From the NCBI GenBank assembly GCA_964035545.1, contig OZ037766.1, positions 11,026,722-11,090,721 on the forward strand: DNA of 64,000 bases. The letters run 5' to 3'. This DNA comes from Bugula neritina (Eukaryota > Animalia > Bryozoa). A program made the translations under genes and the position numbers. Under the pieces are notes generated by a model. The model worked only from the letters and a program-made list of their open reading frames with translations. It had not been told where the DNA came from and made no database searches. Within the stretch, counting starts at the first letter, position 1, and every line of letters begins with the position of its first letter. Below, piece by piece: positions 1 to 13,400 of the stretch.

Positions 1-28
1 CAAATATATTTCACCAGACAACACGAAA

Positions 29-919
29 ATGATATTTCCAACAGATGTCTTGTGGCCAGAAGACAACATTGCTAGCTTGCACCAGTTGCATTATTTTGTA
101 AACACATGCTTTCATAATGTAAGTTTGGAGAGGGTAACTGATATAATCCCTGACCAGATGATAAAGACAGTTAAAAAGCCATTCAATAATAATATACTTA
201 CAAAGCAAGTAAAAAACCGTAGAATTAGAAAACCCAAAATGCCGAAAAAAGATTTTTGCATACCTTACACAACTAGAAAAGCTAGACGTGACTTCCCAAT
301 GCCCAACATTCATAAAAATTCAGAAATTGACTGTATAGAAAATAAGCAAATATTTCAGAGTTCTACTTGTTCAGCGAATATGACAAAATTTTATGTAAAT
401 GGGAAGCTTCTTGCTAATAATTCGGTGCCCATTAGTCAGCCCAATCCTTCGAAACAAGGGGAAAACATCAAACCTGAACAAGATGATCAACAAAATAGCC
501 CCAGCAGAAGTGAACAGCCCAACAGGAGTTTGCAATCTCCAAGTAGGGAGCAGCAGAGCAATCAGGGGTCAAAGGGCAACACATTTGCAGATAAAACTTT
601 TCTTAGATACTGTTTTGCTAAGAATTTTCTTAATACATTGCTAAAAAATAAACTTGGCATTGGATATCCGAATGGTACATGGATATCACCGCTTAAAGAA
701 GTGAAGAAGTACTTGCGTTCCCCTCAGTCAAAAAATGTATCTATTTTGACAACCAGCAGAAGACGTTTAACTGTAAAAGAGGTAGTCACTTTATTCACTG
801 AGACAGAGTATGGATTAGGTACAAAGTATGCAAACTTCATCAAGCAAAAACTGAGAATATCAAATTGGATATGGAAAACTGCTCTTCATGAGATTCACTC
901 AAAGCCCATGAATTTATGA
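29..919 (+). CDS. Unidentified 296-aa ORF, probably the last coding exon of a gene starting upstream of the window
   Basis: Long open frame in ~30% GC DNA, preceded by an acceptor-like TTTCACCAG ending at 17. Low-complexity Q/S/N/P middle and a more ordered C-terminus. No family recognised. Confidence 0.5.
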   Translation: MIFPTDVLWPEDNIASLHQLHYFVNTCFHNVSLERVTDIIPDQMIKTVKKPFNNNILTKQVKNRRIRKPKMPKKDFCIPYTTRKARRDFPMPNIHKNSEIDCIENKQIFQSSTCSANMTKFYVNGKLLANNSVPISQPNPSKQGENIKPEQDDQQNSPSRSEQPNRSLQSPSREQQSNQGSKGNTFADKTFLRYCFAKNFLNTLLKNKLGIGYPNGTWISPLKEVKKYLRSPQSKNVSILTTSRRRLTVKEVVTLFTETEYGLGTKYANFIKQKLRISNWIWKTALHEIHSKPMNL

Positions 920-995
920 GTGTCAAATTGCAATATTATATAGCTTAAGCTCATTCTTGCATAAAATAGTATACTGTACCAGCTCGAAGCTGCTT

Positions 996-2216
996 TTATT
1001 GCTCATATTCTAGTACTATTTCTACTTCTTGAAAGTTATTTAGTCTGGCGATATCTTTATCCTTTCGTAAAATAGTGTTGGGTAACTTTCTAACTTTTAT
1101 AATTTTGCTAGCATTGACTTTTAATTCTTTGGCCAGTAGTTCGATTAATCCATCGAAAGTCTTGTTACTGTTTTCTAGTTCAACTTCAATAAAATCTGTG
1201 TCGATATTATTAGCTATACGAGCTTTTAATACCAGTTCGTTGGAAGAGCTGTCCCCATAACCTAAAATAAATTATTGTGTGCTTTTTAATACGTCATGAG
1301 TGCATGTAAATGTTAGCAGTTCTGAAATCAGAAACTAAATACTTAATATGAAATCTAAATTCAAATAAAATCAAAGCAAAAAATCTATATATGTATAAAT
1401 ATTTCAGGACTTACTAAAACGATTTACTAATAAAATGTATGAAATTCATGCCTTTTCACAAGTTACAGCACTCTAATCAAAATGCAGCAGCTAAAAAATT
1501 TCAGCACTATTTTGGTTATAGCACTAAAATTTAGTGTGCTATACTAAATAATTATCAAAGGTTTGGTGACATACTTGTAACGTTGGTTTGTTTTTCACTG
1601 GATGTATACTTCCTCCCGTTGTTTTCCAGTGAGCAATAAGAAGGTAATAGAGGGGCTTTTAAGTAAGTGGGAATAAATCCAAGTTCAGTTTGACCATTCA
1701 CCACACCTAATAGTAAAAACGTAACTGTTGGAGTGAAATGTTGGGAGGGACACATTCATTGCACATGGTCAATAAACTGCAATTGCTGAAAATGAAAACA
1801 TGCACTACCATGAGTTTCTCCTAATAATTCAATGATTTTTTGATCTGTTGTCAACTCATCAGCTTTTTTCCCATTAGAAGTTTGGAGAGATGCATCTGCC
1901 CCTTCATCAAGTAGCAGTTTTACTACAGGATATTGGTTTCTTTTTGCTGCCCAATGGAGAGCTGACCTACAAAAAAATTTAAGCTACCAATTTAGAAACC
2001 AATATATGCAATGCTCATAGCTAAGATCAACACATGAAACTACCTATCAACTAAGAAAACAGAGTGTGTATGATCTTAAAAAAATATTACTCACCAACCA
2101 TTTATAGAATGTTGAGAATTAACAGTTGACCTGTTTTTACTGACTATTTCTTGGACTTTTTTTATATCTCCACAAGCTGCAGCTTCCCTCAAGATGTTCT
2201 CTGCAGATATATCCAT
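996..2216 (-). CDS. ANKRD40: Ankyrin repeat domain-containing protein 40; 4 coding exons 2216-2095, 1966-1809, 1706-1575, 1261-996
   Basis: GT-AG junctions join in phase. Translation gives LREAAACGD..NSQHSINGWSALHWAAKRN (ankyrin repeats), ELGFIPTYLKAP, and ELVLKARI..DFIEVEL..KVRKLPNTILRKDKDIARLNNFQEVEIVL, matching the ANKRD40 signature blocks as I recall them. Confidence 0.92.
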
Positions 2217-3149
2217 TTCAACTTGTAGTCTGTAGATTATAAAAAACAGTTTCAAACTATTATTTTTTGAATGCAGGTTGTCATTTTAATATGAATTTCA
2301 ATTTGAAGTTGTGCTATTTTACCAGCACAAGGTGTGGTAGAAAATGGGTTACAAAGAAGTAAAATAAATAATATAATAATGCATTTAAAAGCATACTTTC
2401 TATTAATGCTTCGATCTGCCTAGCAATAAAACGATTTAAGCAATTTACTGTGGCAATCTAAATAAATTGCTTATTATAATTTAAAGTGTACAGAGTTTTA
2501 GTTTAGATCGCACAGTCTTAAATTTCTGGATAAATTGATAATATTTTAACTAAGAATAAACTAGAAATAAACACCACAGTTGTTGAGCGAAATGAAACTC
2601 AAAATGATTAGCAGAGATACCAGTAGTTACATAAAATGAAAGTAAAAGTACACAGCTACTTTCTCCAACTTTATTTGTAAAATATGGTAGGCATAAGCCA
2701 TTGCATTTCATAAAAATTTTAAAAAGAAAATAGAAGCCACTAATCTACAAAATAATAGCATAATTGTTAAAGAATCCCTGACACACTTCACTTATGCAAT
2801 ACTAAAATATTATTATATATGTTAGTTTTCATTTACACACTGTTTTAAGATTGGATGCCTAAACAATTTTGTTCTTTAATAATTTTTGTTCGAGTATATA
2901 CTGAAATGATTTGGGATTTCTGATCGCATGGAAATGAAATTTTCAGTCGACTTTGGCTTTACTGCTGTCTGCTACTATAAAACTAATTATAACTACCTTT
3001 CATTGCATACTATTGTTAGCTGCTGCACTGCACAGCCTAATTACTGATATGGCTTGAAAGTTTAAACTAATTAACTAATTACCGTTATGATTATGATTAG
3101 CATTATCATAATGAATATGATTATCACCATCCGTAACAGTATCACAATA

Positions 3150-5368
3150 ATTACCGCAGTTTATTACCTCAGTTGAGGTAGGACTTCCGCAGCAACTGGA
3201 AAGCCTATAGGGAAGCCTCTAGTGACAACTTACATTAGATCAGGGTTAGCACTTGTTACAGCATTTGCCATTTTGTAATTACTAATTAGTTGTTATTATA
3301 TTCTCCGCGCATTTCACAAATTGTTCGTGGCAAAAAACTAATGAAGAATCTGTTTTTCTTAGTTGATATAGAGATAAGCTCTCCTCTGGCAGCCGCTTGA
3401 GTGGTTACAGTAACAAGCTCCCTGTCTTCAATAATCTCGTCATAGGATCTGCATAGACATCGGTGTTGATCCTCATTTTGAAGAATTCGGGTCAGTAAAC
3501 ACAGTCGATTTTTTCGTCTTTCTTCCAGCGACCCAAGTCCTAACTCATCCCTCGCCTCAGATACACTGTAAGCGCGTCCCTTCATATTGCGTATGAACTG
3601 TATGGCGCTGTTCTGGACCAGCTCTATATCATGCACCTTACTTCTAGCCACAAAATCCCAAACCACATCTGCATATTCGAGTATAGGCCTACATAGACTT
3701 GTATAAGCCAATAGCTTAGCATCTTTTGGGGCATCATACATCAAGTGCTTGATCCTGCTAAGAATTTTCCAGGACTTGGTATATTTATGATTTTTATGCT
3801 GATCAAATCTTAGGTCTGACTGGATGGTTACCCCAAGGTATTTAGTGCTTTCTGCCCACGCAAGGCATGTTGTACCGAGTTTGTAGTGTGATATGGGGGT
3901 TACTTTACTAAAATTATTTGCTTTTCATTTCTTTTCATTGAAGGGCATTTTCCATTTTATAGACCACTCATATACAGTGTTGATGTTAGTTTTAAATAGT
4001 TCTGCATCCTTAGTGGTGTTCACAGTTTGGTAAAGTAGAGTATCATCAGCATAGAGGCTAACTTTACATGACAACAAATCCGGAAGATCATTTATATAGC
4101 GCAAAAAGAAGATTGATCCTAGCACAGAGCCCCGCGGCACTCCTGGGGTTACTCGGCACTTTTGAGAGCTTGCCTCTCTTAGTACAACAGACTGCTGTAG
4201 GTCGGAAAGGAAATCGAGCATCCAGTTAAAGAGGTATCCATTTATACCAGGTATCTCTTGCAATTTTTGGAGCAACATAAGGTGAGGTACCTTGTCAAAA
4301 GCCCTTTTGAAGTTTATAGCTACTGCATGAGTAGTATGTCCCTCATCGGCTGCTTTCACTAGGTTGTGGTAGGTAACACACAGTTGAGTTTAGCAGAACA
4401 GTCCTTTCCTGAAACCATACTGTTGATGATGAAGCACGCTGTCAAACTTTTCATTGAGGTGACGCAGCACGATGTACTCCATCATTTTACAGAAAATACT
4501 TGTCAGGGATACAGGCCTAAAGTTGTTTGGAGATTTACAGCCCCTGCCTTTATGTATTGGTGTGACATTTGCAAGTTTCCACTGTTTTGGCAGTCTACCT
4601 GTGTCTAAGGAACTTTTGTAGATCAGAGCAAGACATCTTGCAGTACCCTCCAAGTCTATGAGCATGTCAGGCTTTCGAACTCCATCAGGTCCTGGCGATT
4701 TTTCATTTGGCAAATTTTGGATTAGTTTGGCAACCCTTTCTGGTGTAACATCAATAAAATTCTGGGCATCGGTTTCGATTTTTGAGAAGTCTTCTGCCAT
4801 AAAGCCCAGCTGGAACTGACTCTGGAAGAAAATGTTCAGCAACTCAGCGCATTGGACAGGATCTCCCGTCACTATATTTTGATCGTTCTTGAGTACCAAT
4901 TGCTCTCGTCTTTTGTTTTTGTCTGTTTTAAGCAGTTTGAAGAAAGGTTTAGAGTTCCCTCTTTTTAGTGGACGATATATTTTGTTTGTGTAAAAGGTTT
5001 TTCGTATTACTTCCAGCTCCTTCTTCCCGTCTCGTCTCATTTTTTTGTACTGTTCACGATCAAAGCTATTTGAGCTGACTTTAGATCGCCTATGTGCCTT
5101 CCTCACCCTTTCTTTGATTTCATAGCTTTTTTATTGAACGACTCTAGGACAGAGGGGTGGGGTGATTTCAGCTGTTTGATTGGAACGTGCTGTTCAATAC
5201 TTCTCTGTAAGTTTTCCGTGAAGAGATTCCACATTTCCTCTGGGTCCTCCATAACTGCTAATGCACCTGATGTCTTTTGCATATTTTCCTGAAATGCTTC
5301 TTGATTGGCTTTCTTGTACAGCCTGAAAGCTTGTGGTTTTTTCAGGGTAGCAATGGTTGCGATTTCGA
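3150..5368 (-). mobile_element. 5'-truncated, frameshifted non-LTR retrotransposon (CR1/L2-like, jockey group), ORF2 reverse transcriptase remnant
   Basis: ORF pieces 5103-5432, 4390-5106, 3925-4359 and 3286-3744 carry KSPGPDG, NFRPVSLTS, FKRAFDKVPH, GVPRGSVLG, YADD, KYLGV and the C-terminal RPILEY..VW..IELVQ..LGLGSLEERR. Several frameshifts. Boundaries approximate. Confidence 0.9.
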
Positions 5369-5759
5369 GATGATAATGATAATCATTATCATTATGATTA
5401 CCATTATCATATATATATATATATATATACATACATATGATATATATATATACAGATTAATCCAATACGCCCTAGGGCATTAAATGGATATGCATATAGG
5501 TTTCATACTAAAATCAGCAAACAGGCATGATGGATTTAAATGGTACAGGGAGAGTAAAATGTTTGGCTACATTAGTGAATCGGGATCTTATGATTATCAT
5601 AATGATAATCAAATCATTATCAATTATGATAATCATAATGACTATCCACACTATCATCATTTATGTTAACAGGCATACTAGTACTAAGTGAGAATTAAGC
5701 AATGCTAGTTTAGTACAAAGCGTATAGAACTGGTAGTCATTATTTTACTAAAAATTGAG

Positions 5760-6130
5760 AGCAACGGTGAAGAAAAAAGAAATTAATTTATATCTCTGAT
5801 GATGATATCAATGTGCAAGTTGAGACGCGACATGTGAATGTCACGTGACTTAGACCTAGACTCTGAGAAGGCGTGTCTGAAGTATAGCTTTATCTTACAA
5901 GAATTACATCGACTTTCTTGCGTTTACATAAAAACTAGGCTCAGAAAAACGAATCACAGGCTATGAAAAACCCAAGCGGAAAGTTCAAAACAAATCAAGT
6001 TGAAACGACAAATATAGTTTTATTAAATTTAACATAAATTTAATGTAAGAACCTGGTTGTCAGAGCCGCCGTTTTTAAAAACTCTTTACTTATTGTGCAA
6101 ACAGTAACTGTTGCCCTTATTTGTGGTTGT
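5760..6130. promoter_or_regulatory. Putative bidirectional promoter (ANKRD40 - / CCDC15 +) with palindromic E-box GTCACGTGAC at 5840-5849
   Basis: Lies between divergently oriented genes and is locally CpG-richer than the gene bodies. Contains a perfect GTCACGTGAC (USF/TFE/CLEAR-type) and a YY1-like GCCGCCGTTTT near 6065. TSSs not determined. Confidence 0.5.
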
Positions 6131-6176
6131 TACCAAAAAGCTCAATGAATAAACATTACTCTTCTTCTGGCATTGA

Positions 6177-6790
6177 TACTACTACTACTAGTACTACTAG
6201 TACTAGTAGTAGTAGTACTAGTAGTAGTAGTACTACTACTAGTACTAGTACTACTAGCAGTATGAGTATCACTATGGCTATAGGCATAGAGTGATAGCCT
6301 GTTGGCATTGCTACTACTAGTACTAGTACTAGTAGTACTGCTGCTGCTACTAGTAGTAGTAGTAGTACTATTAGTACTAGTAGTAGTAGAACTAGTTGTA
6401 GTACTAGCAGTAGTACTAGACTACTAGTACTAGTAGTAGCAGTAGTACTAGTAGTAATATAGCAGTAGTAGTACTGGTAGTACTAATAGTAGCAGTATTA
6501 CTAGTAGTAGCAGTAATACTAGTAGTAGCAGTAATACTAGTAGTACACTAGTAGCAGTAGTACTAGTAGTAGCAGTATTACTAGTAGTACTAATAATAAT
6601 AGTACTAGTACTAGTAGTACTAGCAATAGTAGTACTAGTCGTAGCAGTAGTAGCAGCAGTAGTAGTAGTACTAGTAGTACTAGTAGATAGTACTAGTAGT
6701 GGTGGCAGTACTAATAGTAGTAGTATTACTACTAGTACTATTAGTACTAGTAATACTATTAAGTATTACTATTACTATAACTTAAAGTGA
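6177..6790. repeat. Strand-switching (TAC)n/(GTA)n low-complexity tract
   Basis: ~600 bp of TAC/TAG/GTA/GCA triplet runs that flip strand at ACTAGT/AGTACT palindromic nodes. Confidence 0.95.
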
Positions 6791-7429
6791 CTCGTATTAC
6801 TAGTCATACTCATAATAATATTTACCCTTGGTTCTCACAGCTAAAATTACTCTGAGAGAGAGTATCACTCTTAGTCCTAACCTTCGCAAATGCAATACTT
6901 ATAGTTATACTTATACTTATAGTTATACTAATACTTATAGTATTGCTTGTAGTAATACTAAGTCTAATAAAAACTTACAGTAATACTAATAGTGATAGTA
7001 ATTAGAGAGCAGACTTGGTGATACTATTGCTAATAGTATACCATTGACTTATGGCATGTCTTTTGAGTTACAAGTATAGCTAAGTTATAAAGGTAATTCA
7101 TTATATTAAATTTACAACTAGCAAAATATAGTTTGTTTTTTCACTCCATCTACCCTTTGTTAAAGTTGGCTACAAACAGTTTTTTATGTGAACGTTTCTT
7201 TCAATTCTTTCTCACATGTTTCAAACATTAAGGTAGTAGTTTATTTAGTGTATTGTGATTTGTACTTTGCTTTTATCTCAGCACTGTTTAATAAACAGAA
7301 TATCTTGCGTTTTTATTTACTGGGTTTTTTATTTATTAATCGTTGCTGTGTATGTATTTGTGTAACATCTCTACTAATATTGCGTGTATAAGCTGGTGAA
7401 GCTTGAAATTGTGCTTTAGTTACACTGTC

Positions 7430-10400
7430 ATGTCCACAAGGAAATATTCTACCATTCAACCCTTTTCCAACTCAAACTCTATTGCTGGGCAGAAAGACTC
7501 TGGGGCTACCAAAGTTTCATGGTAATTTATTTTAGCCTTAGTTTTCTATGTCACTGATATGAGGTATGCTGTAAGCAACAAGTTTGTATAATAAAGGTGT
7601 AGTTAAATTCATTTTGTGATAGCAAAAAATGGTCTTTAGATATTAATAGCTGGAATAAAAATCAATCATTATCTGAAGAGTTGTCTGCTACTAACATGTG
7701 CATCGTGCAGCTGATGTATGTCACTGTATAACTTTAATTTGGAAATCAAGTCTGGTTAGGCTTAGTATAAATTAGTAAACTTATATATTCTTATACATTA
7801 ATACATTTAATAACCAGTAACTTGTTTTGTATACATAGAAGTTTTAGTACTAAACTATATGTTTGACCTCACTAGTTCTCGTAGTTAATTGAAATCGTCA
7901 CATTAGCACTACACACACCACACGCACAAACGCCACATGCACACACACAAGCACACAATGGCCAGATCTATTTTATTTAACATCATTTGCTATAGGTGCA
8001 AATTCACTTATTGAACTGTTCTTGGTGTGTTAGTTATATATTATATTATATTTAAGGAATAATACTGCTTGTTTGAGGCCTGTTCTGTGCTCTCAAGTCC
8101 TACGAGATGTTAACGTTTCAACTCAGCATCACTCAATGAGAATGACACCTGGAGAGATTGGAAAGTTTCACAAAACACCTTCTGGAAATGCATGGGTACA
8201 GCTTGAAGCCGAAGAGCAGGTTCACATTTACTAATATATTTATGAAGTATGTAAATGTGTGATCTCTTACATTTGTGCAGTGAGAGCAGCAATACCACTT
8301 GTTTTACCACTACTGGCTATCAGCTCAGCTTTTCAAACATTTTGTTATGTTATACTCAGACATTTTACTTCAATGTGTTGTCATAATTAGACTATAGTTG
8401 CCTGTGGTGGAGAGAAGTGTCAATTTTGAAAAATACCAGAAAGTCACTGAATTTATTTTCAAAGTAAAATAATAAAAGGTTTTGAGACTTGAGAGCATTT
8501 AAATTTTAAAATGTATTTTAATTGCACAGCTTCAAAAATTCTACTAATTGAATCGGATGTTTAATGTGAGATGATATTAAGACAATATGATTAAATTTCA
8601 CCATAGCTCTCTTTTTGTATGTTGAACGAGTGTCATGTGATGAAGCCTCAACATATTATTTGTATATAAAATATACATTCATAGATTGTATGGTAATATT
8701 ATTTTCCTGTTATGGCTAACTGTATTTTACTGTGAATAACATTGCAGCTGGAGAATTGGGAGAGAGCCGTGCAGTACAATGAACAGATGGAACGACAACA
8801 AGAAGAAAAGGCCTCAAAGTTGATGGAATTTCAAAAAGATGTAAAGGCAAGAGTGAAGAAAATGGTAGAAGCCAAGCAGCAAGCTTTGCTTGCTAAAACA
8901 TATAAAGATGTAAGTTTTTTAGAATTGTTAGTTTAAAAAATTTTCAGGTTTAAATTTTAGCTTAGTTCAATAGTTTGCAGATAATCTGATAGCAAAACTT
9001 GTAAAATAGCTTTTCCCTTTAGAGGTTGTTGCAGTTTTAAATATTAACAAATGTTTTTCACTATTCCCAAAACTTTCAAACTTTTATTCCTGAAACAGGT
9101 TTCATCAATTCTATACCAAAGGAGACCTATAGTTGCTCATGTTGAATTTGGTGAAAAAAAATGGAAATCACTTTTAGAATAATTTATATTCAACTTTATT
9201 TTTACTGATTGTAAGATATATTTTACAAAAGATAAATTATGAAAGTTCTCTTAGCACTATGGCACAGCCTTAATGCAACTTTCATCTTCACTGTCAAAAT
9301 AGGTTTTTTGTTAATTTTCTACTAAGACACATACAAGTAATATACTAAATTTTCAGTCTTTTCTGTATATTATTCTCTATGCTGATTGAAAGTGATTTTA
9401 CAATAAATATTCAAATATTAATGCATCCCTGGCATATTATATGTGTATATGCTTATATGTAACACTTCACTTTAAAAAAACGAAGACTTTTTGATGGTGC
9501 CCTCCAAATCTTAGTTACAGATTTTAGATGAAGGAAATATATTTCAACTGAAAATCAAGTGCAATAGTTATAAACTTTGCCCGTAAGTTGTGTACGCCCT
9601 ATAGAGTTTAGACTATTGCATTAAAACAACCAGTCAGGAAATGGTTGAAATGTTCTTAATACAGCAAGGTCAGCATTTCAGCTCAATGTCTTTTCTAATA
9701 GAAATAGTTCAAGTTATTGTGCTATAATTACCTCTATTTATAAATTAGGGAAGCAAATCCTTGAATTTTCTTTTTTCCTTTAGTTGTCTTCTTCTTATTA
9801 TGAAGGACTTTATTTCTGTATTTGTGAATTGCTGACGTGCCCCTAATTGTAGAATTTAAGGGACATTTTTCAATATTTATAGTTTTTTATTTGCAAATGA
9901 ATTTCACACTTTTGTCTAGGTTGAATTGGAGCGAAAGGTGGCACATAAAACAGCTTTCCTGGCACAAGCCTTCATTCCCAATGCCAGTGAAGTAATGGTA
10001 CATGGCAGAAGCAATTTGATGATCAAAGATTATCCTACTGACCATTCTGGCCAACCAGGTATTCTTAGTTTGAATTGTAAATATTTTTACTAGATATTTC
10101 AACCTATTCAATATTATGTATCTATATTATATTTGTTTATATATCATAACATATTGAATAACAAATTGTTCATAATACTAGTTTTTATCTTAATTATTTG
10201 TTAATTTTACGACTAGAATGTCTCATAGGTAGGAATAACTCAATCTGGATTCCCTGAGTTTATTTATTTCTTCTTTCTTCTCACTTTTCCTTGATTTTTC
10301 TCAACAATTCTCTGTGAAGCTTTCTTCATTTCTTCACGGCTCAGTATGTTGGAGGCAGTTTTGCTAGAATCTTCTTCAAACACATCTGTGGTAAATAAAA

Positions 10401-13400
10401 AGTCAACAATATTGTAATTTTGTTTTTATTTGCTCAAAAGTAAATATCTTTATTGTGATTATGTCATGCTTTTGGAGTTATGCTCTTTTTTCTCTGAAAA
10501 TCATCTCCCGGTATTTATTTTATATTAATTTAAATTATGGTTCTGTTGAAGCAGATCTGCTTAGTTACATTTATAATATAATTATAATAATAATATTTAC
10601 AAAGTAGTCTTGGCCACTACTCAAATAAAACTTTGCGGTTGTCTACCCAAACAATTTATCAGCTTAGGTAATCTGATTGTGGCATTGGCATTGGCAGGGA
10701 AGAAAAAAATAGTTAGTAAAAGCTATGGATAAACAGGTCTAATTATAACTTAAAGCAAATGCAGTTTTCTTTTGGGAGAGGGGTTCTGTTTTCGGGGCTA
10801 TTTACATACATGTTTATTTCTGGAATGGTTTCTTGTTCAAGTTGGAAAAAGTCTATGCATTCCAATGGTGCATTTGTTTATGCAAAAATCTGCATCTCTA
10901 AATAATCTAACCCTTTAACAGTGCCCTCAAATATAGTTGGCAAGCATTATGCAGAGCATGTGTTTAATTATTCTATTGATAAATTAGATGTTTTTAATAT
11001 TGTGTCGTTGTAGTAACTAATCTGTATATTGCAGTTGCTAAGAATAACTTAATAAAAGTTAGCAATAATCAGCATTAACTCTCCAATGCTACTATTACTG
11101 GGCCTGAGCATTGGGCCTGATCTCTTGGGGTAGAGTAATATCATCTGCAGCTGAGAAGAAATTAGGAATTGCTTTAACATATGCTGCAAAGCTGTTTGGG
11201 CACACAACTCCAATATTTAGCCAAGATAATATTTCTGTTTTATTTGAATAGCAGATAAATTTAACTATACAGTCCTGCTATAAGTTAATCATATTTATCA
11301 TAAGAAAGCCAAACAGTTGAACAGACTACATGGCTACATAAACAGTGGTTAAATAAATTCTGGGAAAACACCTCATATTAACTAGCCGAGAGGCTTTTAG
11401 TAGGTTCAATGACAATTTTATTTTAGTTTTGTATTTGGTAAACTCAATTATTGGCCAAACAGTATTTACGTGCAACAATAGCCCAAATTCTTTAGTTGTA
11501 TATGAAAACATAGCATCAGTGTTTCTTATTTAATTTACTTTTCCTCTAGAGCACAGGCTTTTCCCAATTTTATGTTACATCGAAAATATTTTGGGCAGTA
11601 TTTTGATTAGATTTGTGTTGAGCAAATATATAAGTTGAACTAAAATTTATAATAAAATATGTCACATTTATATTATGTTGGTCAATGCAAGAAAAACTAG
11701 ACTGTGGTTGAAGCAGTCATGAATATAAATTTATTAATTTTGACAAACTCTTTTAAACTTAAATATGGAGCTTCTATTTTACATATTCTACTTTGCAGTT
11801 TGAAATTGCTGTTAACAGCCTTGCTGTAACAAGTTGTGCTATTAGGTTAAAGCACCATTTTAAACTTAATGAAAAACAATATTGTAGAAACTCTGACTAA
11901 ACAACCTTTCGACTGTAGTATCACAAAGTTACCTTTTTATTACATTTTAGGCAGAAGTAGAAAATAAATGCTTTAACTAAAGTAATACATATGCAATTAT
12001 TATAGGTCTACATTGACAACAAATGCAAATAATACCTAATCTTCAGTAATAATGCATTGAGAATACAATGGCTAACATTTGATTTTACAAAGATCAAGGC
12101 ACCAGTGAAAATAGCTCTTAAAATAGCCGATCATTACTTTAACTCCTTGTTTACTTTTACTACTACTATTATTAATGCTATAATAGCTACATGACTGATG
12201 ATAGTTAGCATCCCTATTAACATTAAGCCTCAGTAGTATTATTTGTAATAGAAGTTACTTTTACTCTAACTACCATTACTATTTTATGAAATCTAACATT
12301 ACTGCCACCCAATCTCAACAGTGTTAGTAGCTACAGTTTTCAGTAGCCATTTCAGGCTTCTTAGTTTAAGCCTATTCTCCCTACTGACTTGAAGCAAACT
12401 TTAGTTTATACAACAGCAATCCTCATAACTTGCTAAACTAATCATGTTCATATTCCCTCTTAAAAGTAATATATAATATAGTATTATTATTCACTAAATT
12501 TCTTTTTTTCTTTAAATGTTTCCAATATTACAATTTTGACTAAACAATCAACTTTTATCCATAGCATAATCAGTTTTTACTGCACTTTGTACTAAAATGG
12601 AAAGTTGTTTTATTTAATTTACAATATTTGCTATTTTGAGATTCAAATGATTCATAAAATTATCCTGTGACAAGAGTCTTGTGCTTTAGTTGAAAAACTG
12701 TTAACATAATGTAAAATTTCCCCTTTTAGATAGTGTAGAATGTAAATCTATACGATGCTTATTACTTATATCAAAACTACATTATTATATTCTTTGCTTT
12801 TTTAGGCCTGTTCACTAAAACTATGTAAAAATTATTAAATTATTAAATCATAACATAGGAAACATAATGTTCCCCTCCAAAGAAACACCTAAATTAGTTA
12901 CTTTAAAATTAAAAATTGAAATAAACTCACATATAATTAAAGTTAGTTCTTTAAATCAAATGCTCAGACTCAAACTCAGCAGTTTTTGTTGTCAAAAATT
13001 GACTTTTAAATTCAAACTGGTATGTCTTGAAGTTGTCTATGTCTAAAAACTTGGACTTAATATATAAAAATCAGCATTTGACTATAGATGTATCCATCAT
13101 GTATTCAATTTAGCTATAGTTGCACGGTGTCATCCCAGTTAGACGCTATTTGTTTATTTTGGTACAATATATATTTTATGTGCAATTTATTTGAATATTT
13201 TTTAAATATATGTATATTTAAATAAACTTGGATCAATTGTTTGTTATCTAGCACATAAATAAATTCCTGTGATCTGCATTAACTCAATGGCTTTGCACAT
13301 TCTATACTTCTTGTTGATTGAAAAAATACTTTATTAATACAAATTCATTAAAAATAATGTCTATTATTAATATATTACTGTTTTTTGCCCCCCCCCCCCA

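Noticed and set aside
9098-9149. Possible extra CCDC15 exon (VSSILYQRRPIVAHVEF)
   Set aside because: Weak donor. The 9920-10058 exon already supplies the required phase and better similarity, and including both would break the frame.
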